A DNA stretch of 64,000 nucleotides, from NCBI GenBank assembly GCA_030704615.1, contig CM060731.1:19344001-19408000 (forward strand), given 5' to 3'. The notes below the pieces were generated by a model, which did not search any database, was not told the DNA's origin, and saw nothing but the letters and a program-made list of their open reading frames with translations. The stretch's first letter is position 1. Each line of letters begins with the position of its first letter. Origin of the DNA: Takakia lepidozioides. Taxonomy: Eukaryota; Plantae; Bryophyta. Below, piece after piece: positions 12,113-25,200 of the stretch. The position numbers and the translations under genes are program-made.

Positions 12113-15100
12113 GCCTCTCATTTTTAAGATAATAGGGTCTTCAATGGGCACGTGCGAGGTGGCTGGTGGGCCCCGCGCACGGACGCCCGGCTCCCCCCAC
12201 CCCGCCCGCCGCTACACGCGGTCGCCCAGCCGTGGGCGCAGCTGCAGCAACCACGCCCCCGTCCGCTGCACGGCCAGTCCCCTGCCCATGAGTCCGTTGC
12301 CCTCCATTCTGCCAGACCGCTGCTGGCCAGTCCGCTGCCTAGCAGTCTACCAGTCCGCCAGTCTGCCCGCCCATCCACTGCTGGCCAGTCCGCTGCCAAG
12401 CAGACTGCCAGTCCGCCAGTCTGCCCGCCAGTCCGCTGGCCAGTCCCCTGCCATCCAGTCCGCTGACGGCGCAGGATCTCCACCGTTTGTTCCCATAACC
12501 CATCTGAGCCCTCCATTTTTAGGGCTGCAATTCAAATCTTTATCCCTGTCGCCTGCCACTTGCCAACAGCCGCGAACGTGCGCATTGTTCTCCTGGCACG
12601 TTGTCGATCGTGTCCTGGGTACTGCGGCGCGTTTCTTGCAGGTTCAGAAGCATGTCATTTGTACTGTATAGGGCATGGACGTGGAAGCAAAACCCGATGA
12701 TATACTGATCACGGAAGTCATAGAATCGACACCACAGCTCCAAAAGTCTATCTGTGCACTCCGACTCAACCTTCTGGAGCGCCTTTATGTCATCCGGCGA
12801 CAGTCCGCATTCAAACCGTGGGTCCCCTTCAAAAAACATTAGCATGGAATTACCCGCCTTAACGTGCAGAACGTGTGCTTTGCCAAACCGAGCACCCATC
12901 CTGCACAGAGCAGACCATCCTTCGGGAAGCCTCATGTACTGAACAGACTGACGTCAACATGGTACCAAACACTCTACAGGCTGAACAGTTTATCAGTAGA
13001 CTGAACACTCGCTTCCGCACGAGATTGACAGTACTGGCAGACTAAGCACAGCAGACCGGTTTGCAGAGCAGACTGTGCATAACATGGCAGACCAAGCACA
13101 GACAATGATGACAACCAGCAGCAGACTGACCACAACAGATCGCAAAGCACTTAGTGACAAAGACAGACGAGGAGACTGAGCACAGTACTCACCTGTGCTG
13201 CTCCAGGAAACGACCCATATCTTTGTCCATGTCCAAGGCCAGCTTGCGGTTCTTGTTCATAACAGACTTTTTCTTCGCCGGTCTCTTGGTACTCGGACCC
13301 TCCTCATCCTCCTCAGCATGGTCCACGACAGTCCGCTTCTTGGCTTTGCCTCTCCCCTGGGAAGCAGGGACAGCTGTAGGCGGGCTGGATAGAGCAGACA
13401 AACGTAGCGTTGCCGCCTTATTTTGCAACAGAAGCTGGTCAGCAGGTTTGTTTACACTTGCTGGACTTGTCTTTGCAGCTTCGTGGGTCGTATGCGTAGA
13501 ACTGACCCGTGCATCGGGAGGCGTGCTCACCCCCACACCTTTCTTGGTTGTCGATCCCACGTTTGCAGCATGGGCGGAAGATGTCATGTCCTAAAAAGTA
13601 GACAGTCTGCCGACGGAGGGACGAACATCCTGTGAGGATACCGAGCAAAATGACGAATTAGCCCAATTTCACAATGTGCTAAAACATAAACAACAGTGTT
13701 GAAAGAGGAAATGGCACAACCTGCCCAAGGGGTGAGGGAGCAGACTCCATGTAATCCAGCGCTATACCAGACGGTGTCTGCGCCGCATGTGGTTCCTTGT
13801 CAGTGTGTCTGCCAGCATGTTCAGTCTGTTGCTCAATGTGGGCAGTCTGCTCGACCGCCGGTTCTTCGTCAGTCCTTCCGTCTGTGAACTGTGCAGTCTG
13901 TCGGCGACTCTGTGGTTCAGTCTCTTCCTCAATGTGGGCAGTGTGCTCGGTGGCAGGTTGGTCGTCAGTCCTTCCATCTGTGAAGTGTGCAGTATGCTGG
14001 TCAGGCCGTGCAGTCTGAACTGTGCTGAGCTGTGCAGTCTGCCGCTCCGAGCCATCCTGGTCAGTCCTTCCCTCTGTGAGCTGTGTAGTCTGCTGGTTAG
14101 TCTGCGGTTCGGTCTACTCATCAATCAAGACAGTTTGTTGGCCCGCCGCAGGTTGCTCTGCAATCCTTCCATGTGTCGACTGTTCAGTGTGCTGGTCAGT
14201 CTGGTGGACAGCCGGCTGGGTGTCCTGATCTTGTAGGCCGAGGAGCAATCTACAACTTCTCCATGGACTTGGGAAACATCAAGAACATGTATGGAAGACC
14301 CACCGACAATTGCTTCCTCAGACTCTTCTGTAAGATCTATGATATGGTTTTGCGTTCCCAGATTGAGTTCGGTCATCACGTAAGACTCATCTATGGCTTT
14401 CGTCACTGAGCGCACGAAAACGGGACTGAGCTAAAAGGTCATAGAAGGCAGGCCACGGGGAGCTGGATAAGAATGTTTTACCGGCGACCTGGTGACGTCA
14501 TCAGTGAATGTGCCTAGGAGAAAAGTGGACTCGCTCAAAACACTCATACTGGCAGATCCAAAAACATGTTGTTGGGAACTCTGCAGAAATTCGTTCACAG
14601 GGTCCCGGTGAGGCCAGTGCATCCGAGTCTGTTGCACAATCCAGGGAACAGACTGGCTGTTAGTCTCCTGGATAGTCTGTTCGGCCATCTGCTGAGTGGG
14701 TTCACCAGTGTGCTGCATAGTCTGCTGAGGGGCAATCTGCTGGCTGGATTCGCCGGTCTGTTGCACGGTCTGCTACACAGTCTGCTGATGGACAATCTGC
14801 TGGCTAGATTCGCCGGTCTGCTGCACAGTCTACTGAGGGGCAGTCTGTTGGCCACGTTTGTTGGTCTGTTGTATAGTCGGCTGAAAGGCAGTCTGTTGGC
14901 CGGTCTGTTTGCCGGTCTGCTGCAAAGTTCGCTACCCGCTCAGTACTGTTTGCACATACTGAGTATGTGTGTGCGGGGCAGTCTGCTGGGAGTGTCCGGC
15001 CTATTACCCGGGACAGTCTGATGCACATGCTCGGTCTCCAGCACTTGGGCAGTCTGCCCACATGTGTCGTGGGGAATATGTTGTTGGACATTCTCGTGGC

Positions 15101-18100
15101 CAGTCTACTGGACAGTCTCACGAACTCCTTGTAAAGCCAGGACAAGATCACTTGCACCTCTGGCAAAAGAGTCGAAAGTAGTCTGCACTTGCTTGTCTCC
15201 CACATCAACTCGCCCTGCAACACATATTTATGCAAATGTGAACTTCTAAAAAAGTTGACAAAAGAAATGGAGCTGAAACATGAAAGATGCCCAGAACATT
15301 TTACCTTCCAAGAGATTTCCAATGAGGCCAATGTCCTTGATTTTCCGGCACAGGCATGCTCCATCGAGATGAGCAATGGCGCCGATGCGGTCTTTAGTTG
15401 GGGTCCCACACCACAAGACTTTGAAGACATTGGGATTTTGCAAAACAATGTCAAATACTGCTCGCTCCATCACCAATGCAAACCACTGCAATGCGTCATC
15501 CACCACAAACTTCTATGAATGGTCTGTTCCATGGAGCAAGTCCATCCTCAAATTATGCAGATCCTTCATCAACTTGTTGTACGAGCGGAAATTGCCTAAT
15601 TGCATCCATCTGTGTTGTAGGAAGGAAGTTGTCATGCGCTCAAAGTCCTCCTCAGTCAATCCGAACAAATGCTTTCTTCGCACCCCAAAGGTTGGATGTG
15701 CCATAGGCATATGTCTGAGGTCTTCAGGCCGTGGGTCATCCATGAGAATCAGCTACACAAGTAGAGGCGGCGCATTTTGGACGGTTGTGGCTTCAATGGC
15801 AACAGCAGAGGCGGCTTCCAGAACATGGTTGGCTTCCTCAATAGAAAACTCCATGGAATAATGAAAGGGTACAAATGACCACCGGCGGTCCGCAACAATC
15901 CGGTGGAGCTCATTATGCCAATCCAAATGGGGATTAATTTCTCCCACCCTAAGCCGGGGAAGTGTGAGGTCTTCAGCTCCAAGTCGAATTACCGGTGATG
16001 GCGATCGCCAAACCGCAAAAAACGCCGTGCTATGTGGGAGAAAGGCAGTCTGCTGGTCAGTTTGCTGGCTGTCAGTCTGCTGGTCCGCAGTCTGTTGGAT
16101 GACAGGTCTTCCCATTGGCATGGGCTGCATGATGGGCTCCTGGAGAGGAGTCTGCAGGATGACAGGCTGCTCGTTGGGAGTCTGCTCCGTTGGAGTCTGC
16201 TGGATGACAGGCTGCTGAATGGGAGTCTGCTGGATGACGGCATGCTGTATGGGAGTCTGCTGGATGACGGCCTGCTGAATGGGAGTCTGCTGGATGGCAT
16301 ACTCGGCAGTCCTAGATGCATTCCCCCCCGACGCGTCTTGAATATGTAATGCCGCTATAGCAGCAGTTGACCCAGGATACTTCAATAATATGTACTCCCG
16401 CACGCGGTCCACTTCCGCACGCACCACAGTCGCTTATAAAGGAGCATCATTGCTAGGTATCCGCCAAGCCTGAATGGCCCTACGAATAGAAACACGTTCA
16501 TCCTGGTACACGGTAGAGAACTTGGACGTTAGGAACATGGATGTGGACTCTATATTCACCTCGTGCAACGGACTGGACTCACAGACCAGCAGACTGACAG
16601 ATGTAACGTGCGTACGTAGGGTGGAGCCAACTAGTAGACTGTACCAGCGGACTGGACCAGCGGACTGACAAATGGACTCAGTAAGTAATGCAGCGATATA
16701 AAATAGACTAACTGACGAGCGGAGTGAGCCAGCGGACTGAGGAGAGAACGCAGCGGACTGACCAGACTGAATAGGCAACGTGACCCCCATGATGGACTCA
16801 AACAACACAGAGAACAGACTGGGCGGTCAGACTGACCATTACCTCCTCTACTTCTTCATCGTCATCTTCATCTTCAAAGCTGTTCAACCAGTTCTGTTCC
16901 GCCTGTCGGATGAATGTGCGTAGCAGACCTGACTGGGCAACTTTGTAGAAATAATGGAAGAAGTCTGGATCCCCAATTGGTAGGCACTCTGGTGGGAAAA
17001 GCCCAAAGTCAACGAGGCGCAATGTGTCGGGGCAGACTGGCCCTTCAGTGCTTTATTGAGTTTTTGGTTTTGACCCTAAACCGATGGCATGGGTCGCGAT
17101 ATTTGTGTGAGTCTGCTGCCGAGTCTGGTCAGGCAAGTCAATGTCCACTGGACTTGTCACCCCTTCTAGGCCTTCGAAGTCATCATTCCGGATAATGGTT
17201 TGCCCGCCCTGAGCAGATTCACTTTCAGTATCAGTACTGATGGTGTGGGTCTGCCGCCCAGGACGGGGTTCAGTCTGCTGCGTGGATTTTGCCCTTGCCT
17301 CGCGAGCAGACCTTGCAGCCTTCTCCTTTTTTTGCCTCTCCTTTTTTTGGGCCCCATCACTCAGTTTACGTTTTCTGGCAGCATCCGGCATTCCCTGCAC
17401 TTGCAAATCCTCCATTGACGGACCACCAGAATGGACGCCATACCATGCGCGCACTTCGTCTAATTCCAAAGTGCGGGGGTCAAGCACTGATCCGTGCATG
17501 CGCATTGTGGCCTCTTTGACAATCGACATTTCTTTCAGTATCGGCCAAGGCATGAAATCCCGTGGAATCGTTGCAACAGTCTCTTTGCAACCCGTGTCAA
17601 CACAATGCCGATTTAGTTGGATTTTGTCCTTGATAACCTCTTCACAGAAAGTACAGAAGAGCTTGTCCTCCTGCCAATTCGAGTTTTTGGGCTTCCGGGC
17701 GCGGAGGTCTACAAATGCTTCCACTATTTTATGATCAAACTCCTCTGGTGAGTACCAGTACCTTCGCTCATTCTTCAGTCTGGTTTGGTGCACAAAATCC
17801 ACCCAGTCCGCTCCACCCTTTTCACAAGCATCCTCCATCGCTGCAGAATGAAACGAGGGTGCAAAGACAATGAGCGACAGACATAAGTCCTATGAAAAGA
17901 CTCACCCTAAGCAAGAAGAGGACACAGAATGGAATGGAAACACCGTAGCAAATAAGAAGCTCACCGAGCCGATGAACTTCGAGTTGTTACGAAGGCGAGC
18001 GTGTTTGCGACGCTTTGCGGCTCACCGCGACTCTCCACACCTGGGGAAGAACGGCCCTCTTTTGTTACGGTGATGGAAACGCAAAGAGGAAAACGAAACA

Positions 18101-20112
18101 GTGCGAAGAAATAGGCGCAAAGAGAATGGAGTCGACACAGGGAACATGAGAAGAAAGTAGAAGTAGAAGAGGCCTAGCATGGCACAGCCAACGTGGCGCA
18201 ATTTCACAAGCGCCAACTATCCGTCGTCATTGCATTGAATACGTCCACCGAATGAACGCATCGTACTAAATTCATCCACGGTCCTTGCACGTGCAACAGA
18301 TTCATTTCCCATCGGGCCGAGAGTCCACCAGACCGCCAGTCCAGCGGACTGTTCGCTTTGTTGAGGCGTAGCGGCTTCATATTGGAGGCAATTCCCTGCC
18401 AACGGACACACTGCAAAGAGACTGGCAGCAGAACAGACTGACAAAGTACCAGGCGAACAGACTGATATCCATCAGGGAACGATTGTTGAGCACACCTCCA
18501 GTTCAGCAGACTGGTTTGCAAAGAAGCGGGCGGAATGAAGACAAAAGAGAGTAAGGGGAGAACATGAAAGTCGAACATACCCATTGCGAATAGACTCGCG
18601 GCACAACAGACTCATGCATGCACAGTCCAACAGACTGATATCCATAGAGGAGAACTGTCCAGCAGACGGACGTTTCGCCAGACTGGCGGGAGAACAAGCC
18701 AAAAGACTGACCGGAGGTAAAATAAGAAGTCGAACAGACTTAGTGCAACAGACTTCCGATACAACAGACTGACAAAGTCACAAGTGCGACAGACTGATAT
18801 CCCAACAGACGGACTTCCAGTAGACCGCCTCCAAACTGACTGTTATGCAAGCGATAAGGGGAATATCCGGAGCACTGACGGGCCAGTGGACCCACTGCGA
18901 ACAGACTCGCGACACAACGGACCTCAAACATCCACGCGCATTTGCAGATGCAATTGTCTCAGCCTGGTCCGTCTCCTGGCAAATGCGACAATGTACCAAT
19001 TCTGCACCTACTCCCGCATTCTGTACCTACTCCCGTCGTGGCTCAGACATCTGCATTCAGCAGGTGCGTGTGGATGTTTGAAGACCTTAGGACTGGATGG
19101 TGTTCCGTGACGACTCGTATTGCTTTTTGTGCTGCCATACCTTATATAATACCATGTGGATCCATCACAAAGCTGGGTTTCTTCATATTCTCCACCCTTT
19201 TCCACAACTTATGCATAACGGATGCAAGCCGCTATACTTGGTCACATAAACAGTCCCATCGTCCGATACGAAATCTGCAATACACGCCCCCATGTGCATA
19301 CGCTTCCGCCATTTTCGCGCCCATGTTACCCATGCGTTCCTTTAACAAACTAAACTTGTGAAGGCTCTCATGAGGGATGCAGTACGAAGGGGCTAAATGT
19401 AACATGACGAATCACAAGCAGAGGACGTTATCGAGGACAGATGTCTGCATTTTCCATATTTATGACATAGAACCAAACCATAAAACGAAGGTTCCCGAAA
19501 GCACAACAAGAAGGCAAAAATAGTGGAAGCATATGCACGATGGTGGCTGTAGTGCCGAGACAGTCTTCTCATGTTCAAGCACACGCTTCATCATCATCAT
19601 GAACATCGCGCGCAAAAGATAAACAGTCGCGTGCAACGTCTACCGCAACATCGGACAACAAACAGCCGTCAAAAGAGAGCGGCCGGGATCTGGTGGCAAG
19701 ATCATTGCCGCAACCCTAAAAATGGAGGGCTCGGATGGGTTATGGGAATGGACGATGGAGATCTTGCGCCGTCAGCGGATTGGATGGCAGGGGACTGGCC
19801 AGCAGACTGGCGGACTGGCAGTCTGCTTGGCAGCGGACTAGATGGCAGGGGACTGGCCAGCAGCGGACTGGCGGCAGACCGGCGGACTGGCAGACTGCTG
19901 GGCAGCGGACTGGCCAGCAGCGGTCTGGCAGACTGGAGGGCAGGGGACTCATGGGCGGGGGATTGGCCGCCGCGGCAGACGGGGGCGCGGGCGCGGTTGC
20001 TGTAGCTGCGCCCGCGGTTGGGCAGGGTGGGGGAGCCGGGCGTCCGTGCGCGGGGCCCACCGGCCACCTCGCACGTGCCCATTGAAGACCCTATTATCTT
20101 AAAATGAGAGGC
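12113..20112 (+). mobile_element. Mutator-like element (MULE), non-autonomous internal-deletion derivative, 8.0 kb
   Basis: TIRs begin GCCTCTCATTTTTAAGATAATAGGGTCTTCAATGGGCACGTGCG and extend imperfectly ~400 bp (12113-~12528 / ~19710-20112). 9-bp TSD TTTTCAAGT at 12104-12112 and 20113-20121. Colinear with 32339-44609 but lacks the transposase. Confidence 0.95.
17053..17838 (-). CDS. MULE accessory ORF with putative zinc finger (CxxC-x12-HC) and basic NLS-like region
   Basis: CTFCEEVIKDKIQLNRHC and ARKRKLSDGAQKKERQKKEK. The homologous ORF at 41671-42661 is frameshifted. Confidence 0.5.
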   Translation of the reverse strand: MEDACEKGGADWVDFVHQTRLKNERRYWYSPEEFDHKIVEAFVDLRARKPKNSNWQEDKLFCTFCEEVIKDKIQLNRHCVDTGCKETVATIPRDFMPWPILKEMSIVKEATMRMHGSVLDPRTLELDEVRAWYGVHSGGPSMEDLQVQGMPDAARKRKLSDGAQKKERQKKEKAARSAREARAKSTQQTEPRPGRQTHTISTDTESESAQGGQTIIRNDDFEGLEGVTSPVDIDLPDQTRQQTHTNIATHAIGLGSKPKTQ

Positions 20113-20369
20113 TTTTCAAGTAAGGTGTCATCTTTGGGATTTGCTAAAGAAAAAGAAAAAGAAAAAATCTTTGTCAGTGTTATCAAGTGCTTAAGAGCTG
20201 ACGGGCACTCACTCGTTTTTTCAACATCTCTCTTTCTCTTTCATGAACTAACGAGTAGTGTTTATATAAAAAGGCCCAAGTGTGGTGACTATACGAATGG
20301 GTAAAATCATTGTCCCCAAGAGCAAAAACAAAATCTCATAGGGCTAGATATATTAACAAAAAGAAATCA

Positions 20370-20750
20370 AACTATTCTAGTAGTATCTACTGCCTGAAGA
20401 AGGTCAAACGACATAAAAGACAATGGGTCAGAAAGTGCCGGGAGGCGAGATGAAGCCGCCCCGTCAACCTTTGCGTGACGTAAAACAGATAGAGCTTGAG
20501 CCTTTTGTAAAGCAACAAAAACTTGTTGTCTAAAGAAGGCTACAAGAACAAAGATGTTTGGGCTTCCAAGATTTTTGTTTTCCGGTATGGCATGGGCACA
20601 ATGGTGCAAGGAAAGTCGTTGAACTGATGATGGAAACAACCGAAAATCTCGACTGCCAAATGGAGGAATGTGTCTGTGGGGTGACGTTCCCAATAAGTGC
20701 GCTCTTTTTCTAGTGCAGCTATTGAAGCATCAACTCCTCGCAATGCAACA
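20370..20750 (-). mobile_element. Fragment resembling the C-terminal restriction-like endonuclease region of an early-branching non-LTR retrotransposon
   Basis: AALEKERTYWERHPTDTFLHLAVEIFGCFH...FFRQQVFVALQKAQALSVL fits the K..KY...F.P.A.E.FG pattern. Frameshifted. Confidence 0.45.
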
Positions 20751-21559
20751 CAGCTACGGCGTGAGCCTAGCCCAGTGAGCTAGGCTCATACTTCACCCAC
20801 AAAGTGTGAGTGTAGGATGGTGTTCAAAGAAAGATGACCTATACCTGAGGTCGGGCGGAAGAAGACCTAATACCGCGAGAAACTAGATATATATATATAT
20901 TTTTACACCAACGATGAGGGGCAAAACAACGATCGTTGTTTTTTTTTTTTTTTTTTGGCTTGTTGTTTCTTGTACAAACGATGAGGGGCAAAACCACAAT
21001 CATTGACAATCCTGTTTGAAAGGTTGCACGTCCAGGGAGATTTAAAAAATAATAAAAATTTCCAATAATATTGCACAAAAATATGAATAAAACAGAGCAC
21101 TCTAGAAGGTAGTGCTACCCGTAAGCAATCGAATAATGCCCTATGGTAGGTATGCATAAGTGGGTAAGTCTACTTTGGGTCGTTGGGTTGGTTGCAAACA
21201 CTAGATCTCGTCTCTTTTCACTCGGTAACTTGGATATTTGCCGTTTTGTCAATAATAAGCATTGAAACTATAGTCTTAGATCTAGACACGGACCACGTGC
21301 AACGTTCGGGCTTTCCAAATGTTCCAAAGTGTCGATACTCAAATTGAGTCTGCAAGTACTGGGCAATGTGTTGGCTGTGTTTGGTTATGGGGTTGACATA
21401 GTTGCAGAGGGGTGTCCTATAAGCACGGCATGAGCACAACCCATGGTCATGGGGGTTGTATGTTTATAAACCGCGGTCATAGGAATTACATGTTTTGAGG
21501 CACGGTGCATTTTATTATAGGGTGCAGTTGCACCAAAACGATAAACTATTTGATCTATC

Positions 21560-21716
21560 TTTTCAATTCACATGAGAAATTAAAATTAAGTAGTAGTTTC
21601 GGGAGTGAGAGTTTTAATTTTTCATTGAGAAATTAAAATTAAGTAGTAGTTTCGGGAGTGTAAGTTTTAATTTCGCATTGAGAAATTAAAATTAAGTAGT
21701 AGTTTCGGGAGTGAGA
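21560..21716. repeat. 53-bp tandem repeat, units 1-3 (unit 4 displaced to 44610-44670 by two TE insertions)
   Basis: TGAGAAATTAAAATTAAGTAGTAGTTTCGGGAGTG at 21573, 21626, 21679 and 44628. Confidence 0.95.
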
Positions 21717-22205
21717 TGTCGTGCGCATACATATCGCTACACAACTCTCCAAGGGTTGGATCAGCAATAGGAAGCAACTTCACAAGCTGACTCTTGTGTT
21801 GCTCCCTTGCTTTCAATCCCACACAACACATGTGCACACCACACACTAGTATACCACTAGTCCACCACTAGTCCAACCACTAGTCCATCCACTAGGCTAC
21901 AACTAGCCAGTCACTAGGCTGCCACTATGCTGCCCACTATGGCAGTCACTAGTCCACACAATCGCCCCCCTAGCTGGTGCTTAGGTCCCTCTAAGTCCAG
22001 GTAGCCACAAGATGTGATAGTGATCATAGCCTCACTAAATCCTCCACCACTATCTCTACTACACTCAAACTCGATAGATCAAGAGGTCGGGTGCAAGAGT
22101 TGCCCCATCGTTAGTCGCCGTCTTGCAACCTGTGAACTTGAGCTTTGGATCTCATGTATTGACTCCTATGAGCTTGGCCTCCCATGTCTTGTTAGCTGCC
22201 TCCAG

Positions 22206-22370
22206 TCATGTCCACTGCCAATATCCCAAGCAGTGTGGATACAACCAATCTCCGTTAGGAACCTTCTCAAGAGGTGGTGTCAAGCATCCCATATGCCAAC
22301 CCCTTGAGCATCGATCACACACCAGCATGGTGGCTGCCCCTTTGGCAGACCCACAGAGCATGCACCTCAA
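22206..22370 (-). CDS. PHD finger at the integrase C-terminus
   Basis: CMLCGSAKGAATMLVCDRCSRGWHMGCLTPPLEKVPNGDWLYPHC: C4HC3 pattern with the penultimate Cys changed to Tyr. Confidence 0.9.
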   Translation of the reverse strand: MRCMLCGSAKGAATMLVCDRCSRGWHMGCLTPPLEKVPNGDWLYPHCLGYWQWT

Positions 22371-23500
22371 ACCTGCAGGTACCACTGCCAAGTTTGGGTC
22401 AACTCTACCATCGACATTGGGAAGGTGACATGGCGCACAATTACGCACATGGTCCCTCCAAGTCATGCCATCCCGACCCTCCAAGATCATGACCCCTGAG
22501 GGCAACACCTCTCGAACCCTCAGAATAACACGCCTGCAGTAACATCCAGAGTGGTAGGAGCAGTCTGCTGCAAATAAACATAGTCACCAGGGCTAAAACT
22601 CTGAACCCCAGGACAATATCCTCCACCACGTATAGTGGCATACCTCAACATATCACAGTGTTGTGCAATGGCAAGGTTCTCAAAAGCCATGGGCATGACT
22701 TTCTTGAACAACTCTGCACGTTGATCACATGCACGTACCCACACGTCCGGATCGTCAAGGTTAAGGACTTGAGCAGTGTCCCTACGAATGGCAGCAGGCA
22801 AATCCGGCTCTCGGCCAAAGAGAAGAAAATATGGTGAGAAGGAGGCAAGTGAAGCTTGTTTGCTGAACCTGTAGCCCATGGCTAACCAATGAACCTGAAG
22901 ATCCCAATCTCCTAGGTGTCCCTTCTGCAAGCCATACTTGCGCAAACCCCTCTTCACCGTCTGAACAACTCTCTCTGCTAAGCCATCGGCCTCAGGATGA
23001 TCCCGAGAAGTGGTGCGGTGGTCTATCAAGGCTTTATCACACAAAGCCTGAAACTCCCCCAAGAACTCTCTCCCTTGGTCCGTGAGTACCTTAGCTGGAG
23101 CACCAAATCGGCTAAGCACACGATCCAAGAATGCATACGCAGCCCCCTCACTAGCCTTGTCAGGCAATGGAACCAACTCAATCCACTTGGAGAAGTGCTC
23201 CACCATCACCAACACATATCTGTGGTGGCGCATAGTCAGTGGCAACGGTCCTGCGAAGTCAAAGACTCCACCTGTAGCCCAATCCCATGATTGGTAAAGG
23301 ATGCAACTGTGGTGTAGGGGTGTTGAATGAAGCACGCACCCTGTCACACACCATGCACCTAGCCATGAACTGTTGCACCTCTGTATGCATACCACACCAC
23401 CAATACTGCCCTTGCAGTAAACTGTGAGTGCGTCGCACTCCAAAATGCCCCAACTCCTCATGGGCATGCCGCACTAACCGTGCACGATGTGTGGGTGAGG
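22370..23500 (-). pseudogene. Retroelement integrase (HHCC + DDE core)
   Basis: HEELGHFG...YWW..M...V...CMVC; DFAGPLP; VLTDQGREF; HPEADGLAERVVQTVK; SPYFLLFGR. Confidence 0.95.
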
Positions 23501-23867
23501 CACAATCCTCACCCGACCATCCTCCCACACTCAAAGTAGGTGTATCCCCTCCCACTTGAACCTCTTGGCTCGTTGCAGGATCCGATCCCTCTCCCTGGCA
23601 GTCACAGTGGCTGTGTGTCTCCAGTGCGGAGGTAGTCCAACACAGCCGAATCCTCATGTATATCTTTGGCACCACCTGGCTCATCACTAGCCTCAAGGTC
23701 CTTAGACACTCCGTCTACAGTCATCCCTGTTGTAGGTCCAACCTGACCTCCCGATGCCAAGATACACAAAAATGCAGATGCGTGTCATCCCGGCACCATC
23801 TCCTTGTCCGTCTCACCATGCCACCGAGCTCCAGTGTCATCCTGCTGGCTCATGCATGGATTGCGAC

Positions 23868-25200
23868 TCAATCCATCCGCATCCCGATTGACCAAACCGG
23901 TCGATGCACAACCTGAAAGTCATACTCCTGGAGTATGAGTGCCCACCGTGCAAGCTTCCCCGTAAGCTTGTCTGACTCCATCAACCACTTGAGTGGCTGG
24001 TGATCCGTGACAAGGGTGAAAAGATTGCCGTATAGATAGTACTTGAAGTGTGTCACGGCCCACACTGCAGCTAAGCACTCTCCCTCATATGAGCTGTACT
24101 TAGCCTCTGCAGTGTTGTTCGAGCGGCTAGCATAAGCCACTACGAACTCTCTTCCCTCATCATCCACCTGTGTGAGCACCGCTCCAAGCCCCCCAGCATG
24201 CTCCAATCCGTATGCAGCTGAAAGGGACGCCCACTGATAGGTCGTCTTAGGATAGGCGCCGAGGTCAACCTCGCCTTTGCTCTTGAAAAGCTCGTTCCTG
24301 CTCATCTTCCCACTGCCACTCCTGGTCCACCTTGGTCAGCTTGGTTAGAGCCTTTGCAATGGTACTAAATCCCTTGACAAACCGTCTATAATAGTTTGCC
24401 AACCCCATGAAAGCTCGAAACGGCTCACATCCGTGGGGTGGAATTTGTGCAATGGCTCTCTACCTTAGTCTGCTGTACCCCCAATCCTCCAGGATATATC
24501 ATGTGACCCAGATACTCAATCTGGTTGTGGAAAAACTTGCACTTACCCCGGATGCAACTTCAATCCGTGCGCTCTCAAGCGCTCCAATACCACCTGAAGG
24601 TGTCTCTCATGCTCCTCCATCGTAACACTAAAGATGATGATGTCATCTATGTAGCACCGAGCAAAGTCCACCCCTGCTAGAATCCTATCCATGACTCTCT
24701 GAAACCTGCAGGAGCATTCTTAAGCCCAAATGGTAAGAACCGCCACTGATATAGGCAATCCTTGCCGTGCTCATTGATCCCCCAGAATGTCGTCTTCTGC
24801 TTGTCCGCCTCCTTGATTGGCAACTGGTGATATCTGGATCGTAAATCCAAAGTGCTAAAGACCTTAGCATGCCCGATGGCATCAAAGATCTCCTCTGGTG
24901 TTGGCATGGCATACTTATCGGACTTGGTCTGACGATTTACAGGCCGGTAATCACCGCACATACGTCTCTCCGTCCAATTGCCATAGACATCCTTCTGGCT
25001 GGCATCACTGTGGCTGAAGCATACTCTCCACGAGAGAGCTCCACCAAACCTGCCTCCCAGAGATCTTGAGTCCTCATCTGAATCAAAGACCTCTCCATGT
25101 CACTGTATCTATAGGGTCTCCGAAAGATTGGCGTGTCAGTGGCCAACTCAATACGGATCTCTTGACCCTTCAGTGCTCCCAAGTCTTTCAAACTGAAGGC
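23868..25200 (-). pseudogene. Retroelement reverse transcriptase and RNase H
   Basis: MCGDYRPVN..T.SDKYAMP, FSTLDLRSRYHQ, LPFGLKNAPA, RCYIDDIIIF (~24635-24660). RNase H motifs GLGAVLTQ, YASRS, YSSYEGECLA, VTDHQPL. Confidence 0.95.

Noticed and set aside
12024-12671. Many overlapping ORFs across the MULE TIRs (also 19570-20100, 32300-32900, 44200-44600)
   Set aside because: Artefacts of GC-rich repetitive TIR sequence; no domain content.
21560-21716. CRISPR-like look: conserved 35-nt block with 18-nt intervening segments
   Set aside because: The intervening segments are homologous to each other, there are no cas genes and the context is eukaryotic. It is a plain 53-bp tandem repeat.
21717-21960. 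Candidate 244-bp 3' LTR bounded by TG..CA after a PPT-like tract
   Set aside because: No second copy exists at the other end of the element, so it cannot be called an LTR. It is discussed under the LTR-less finding.
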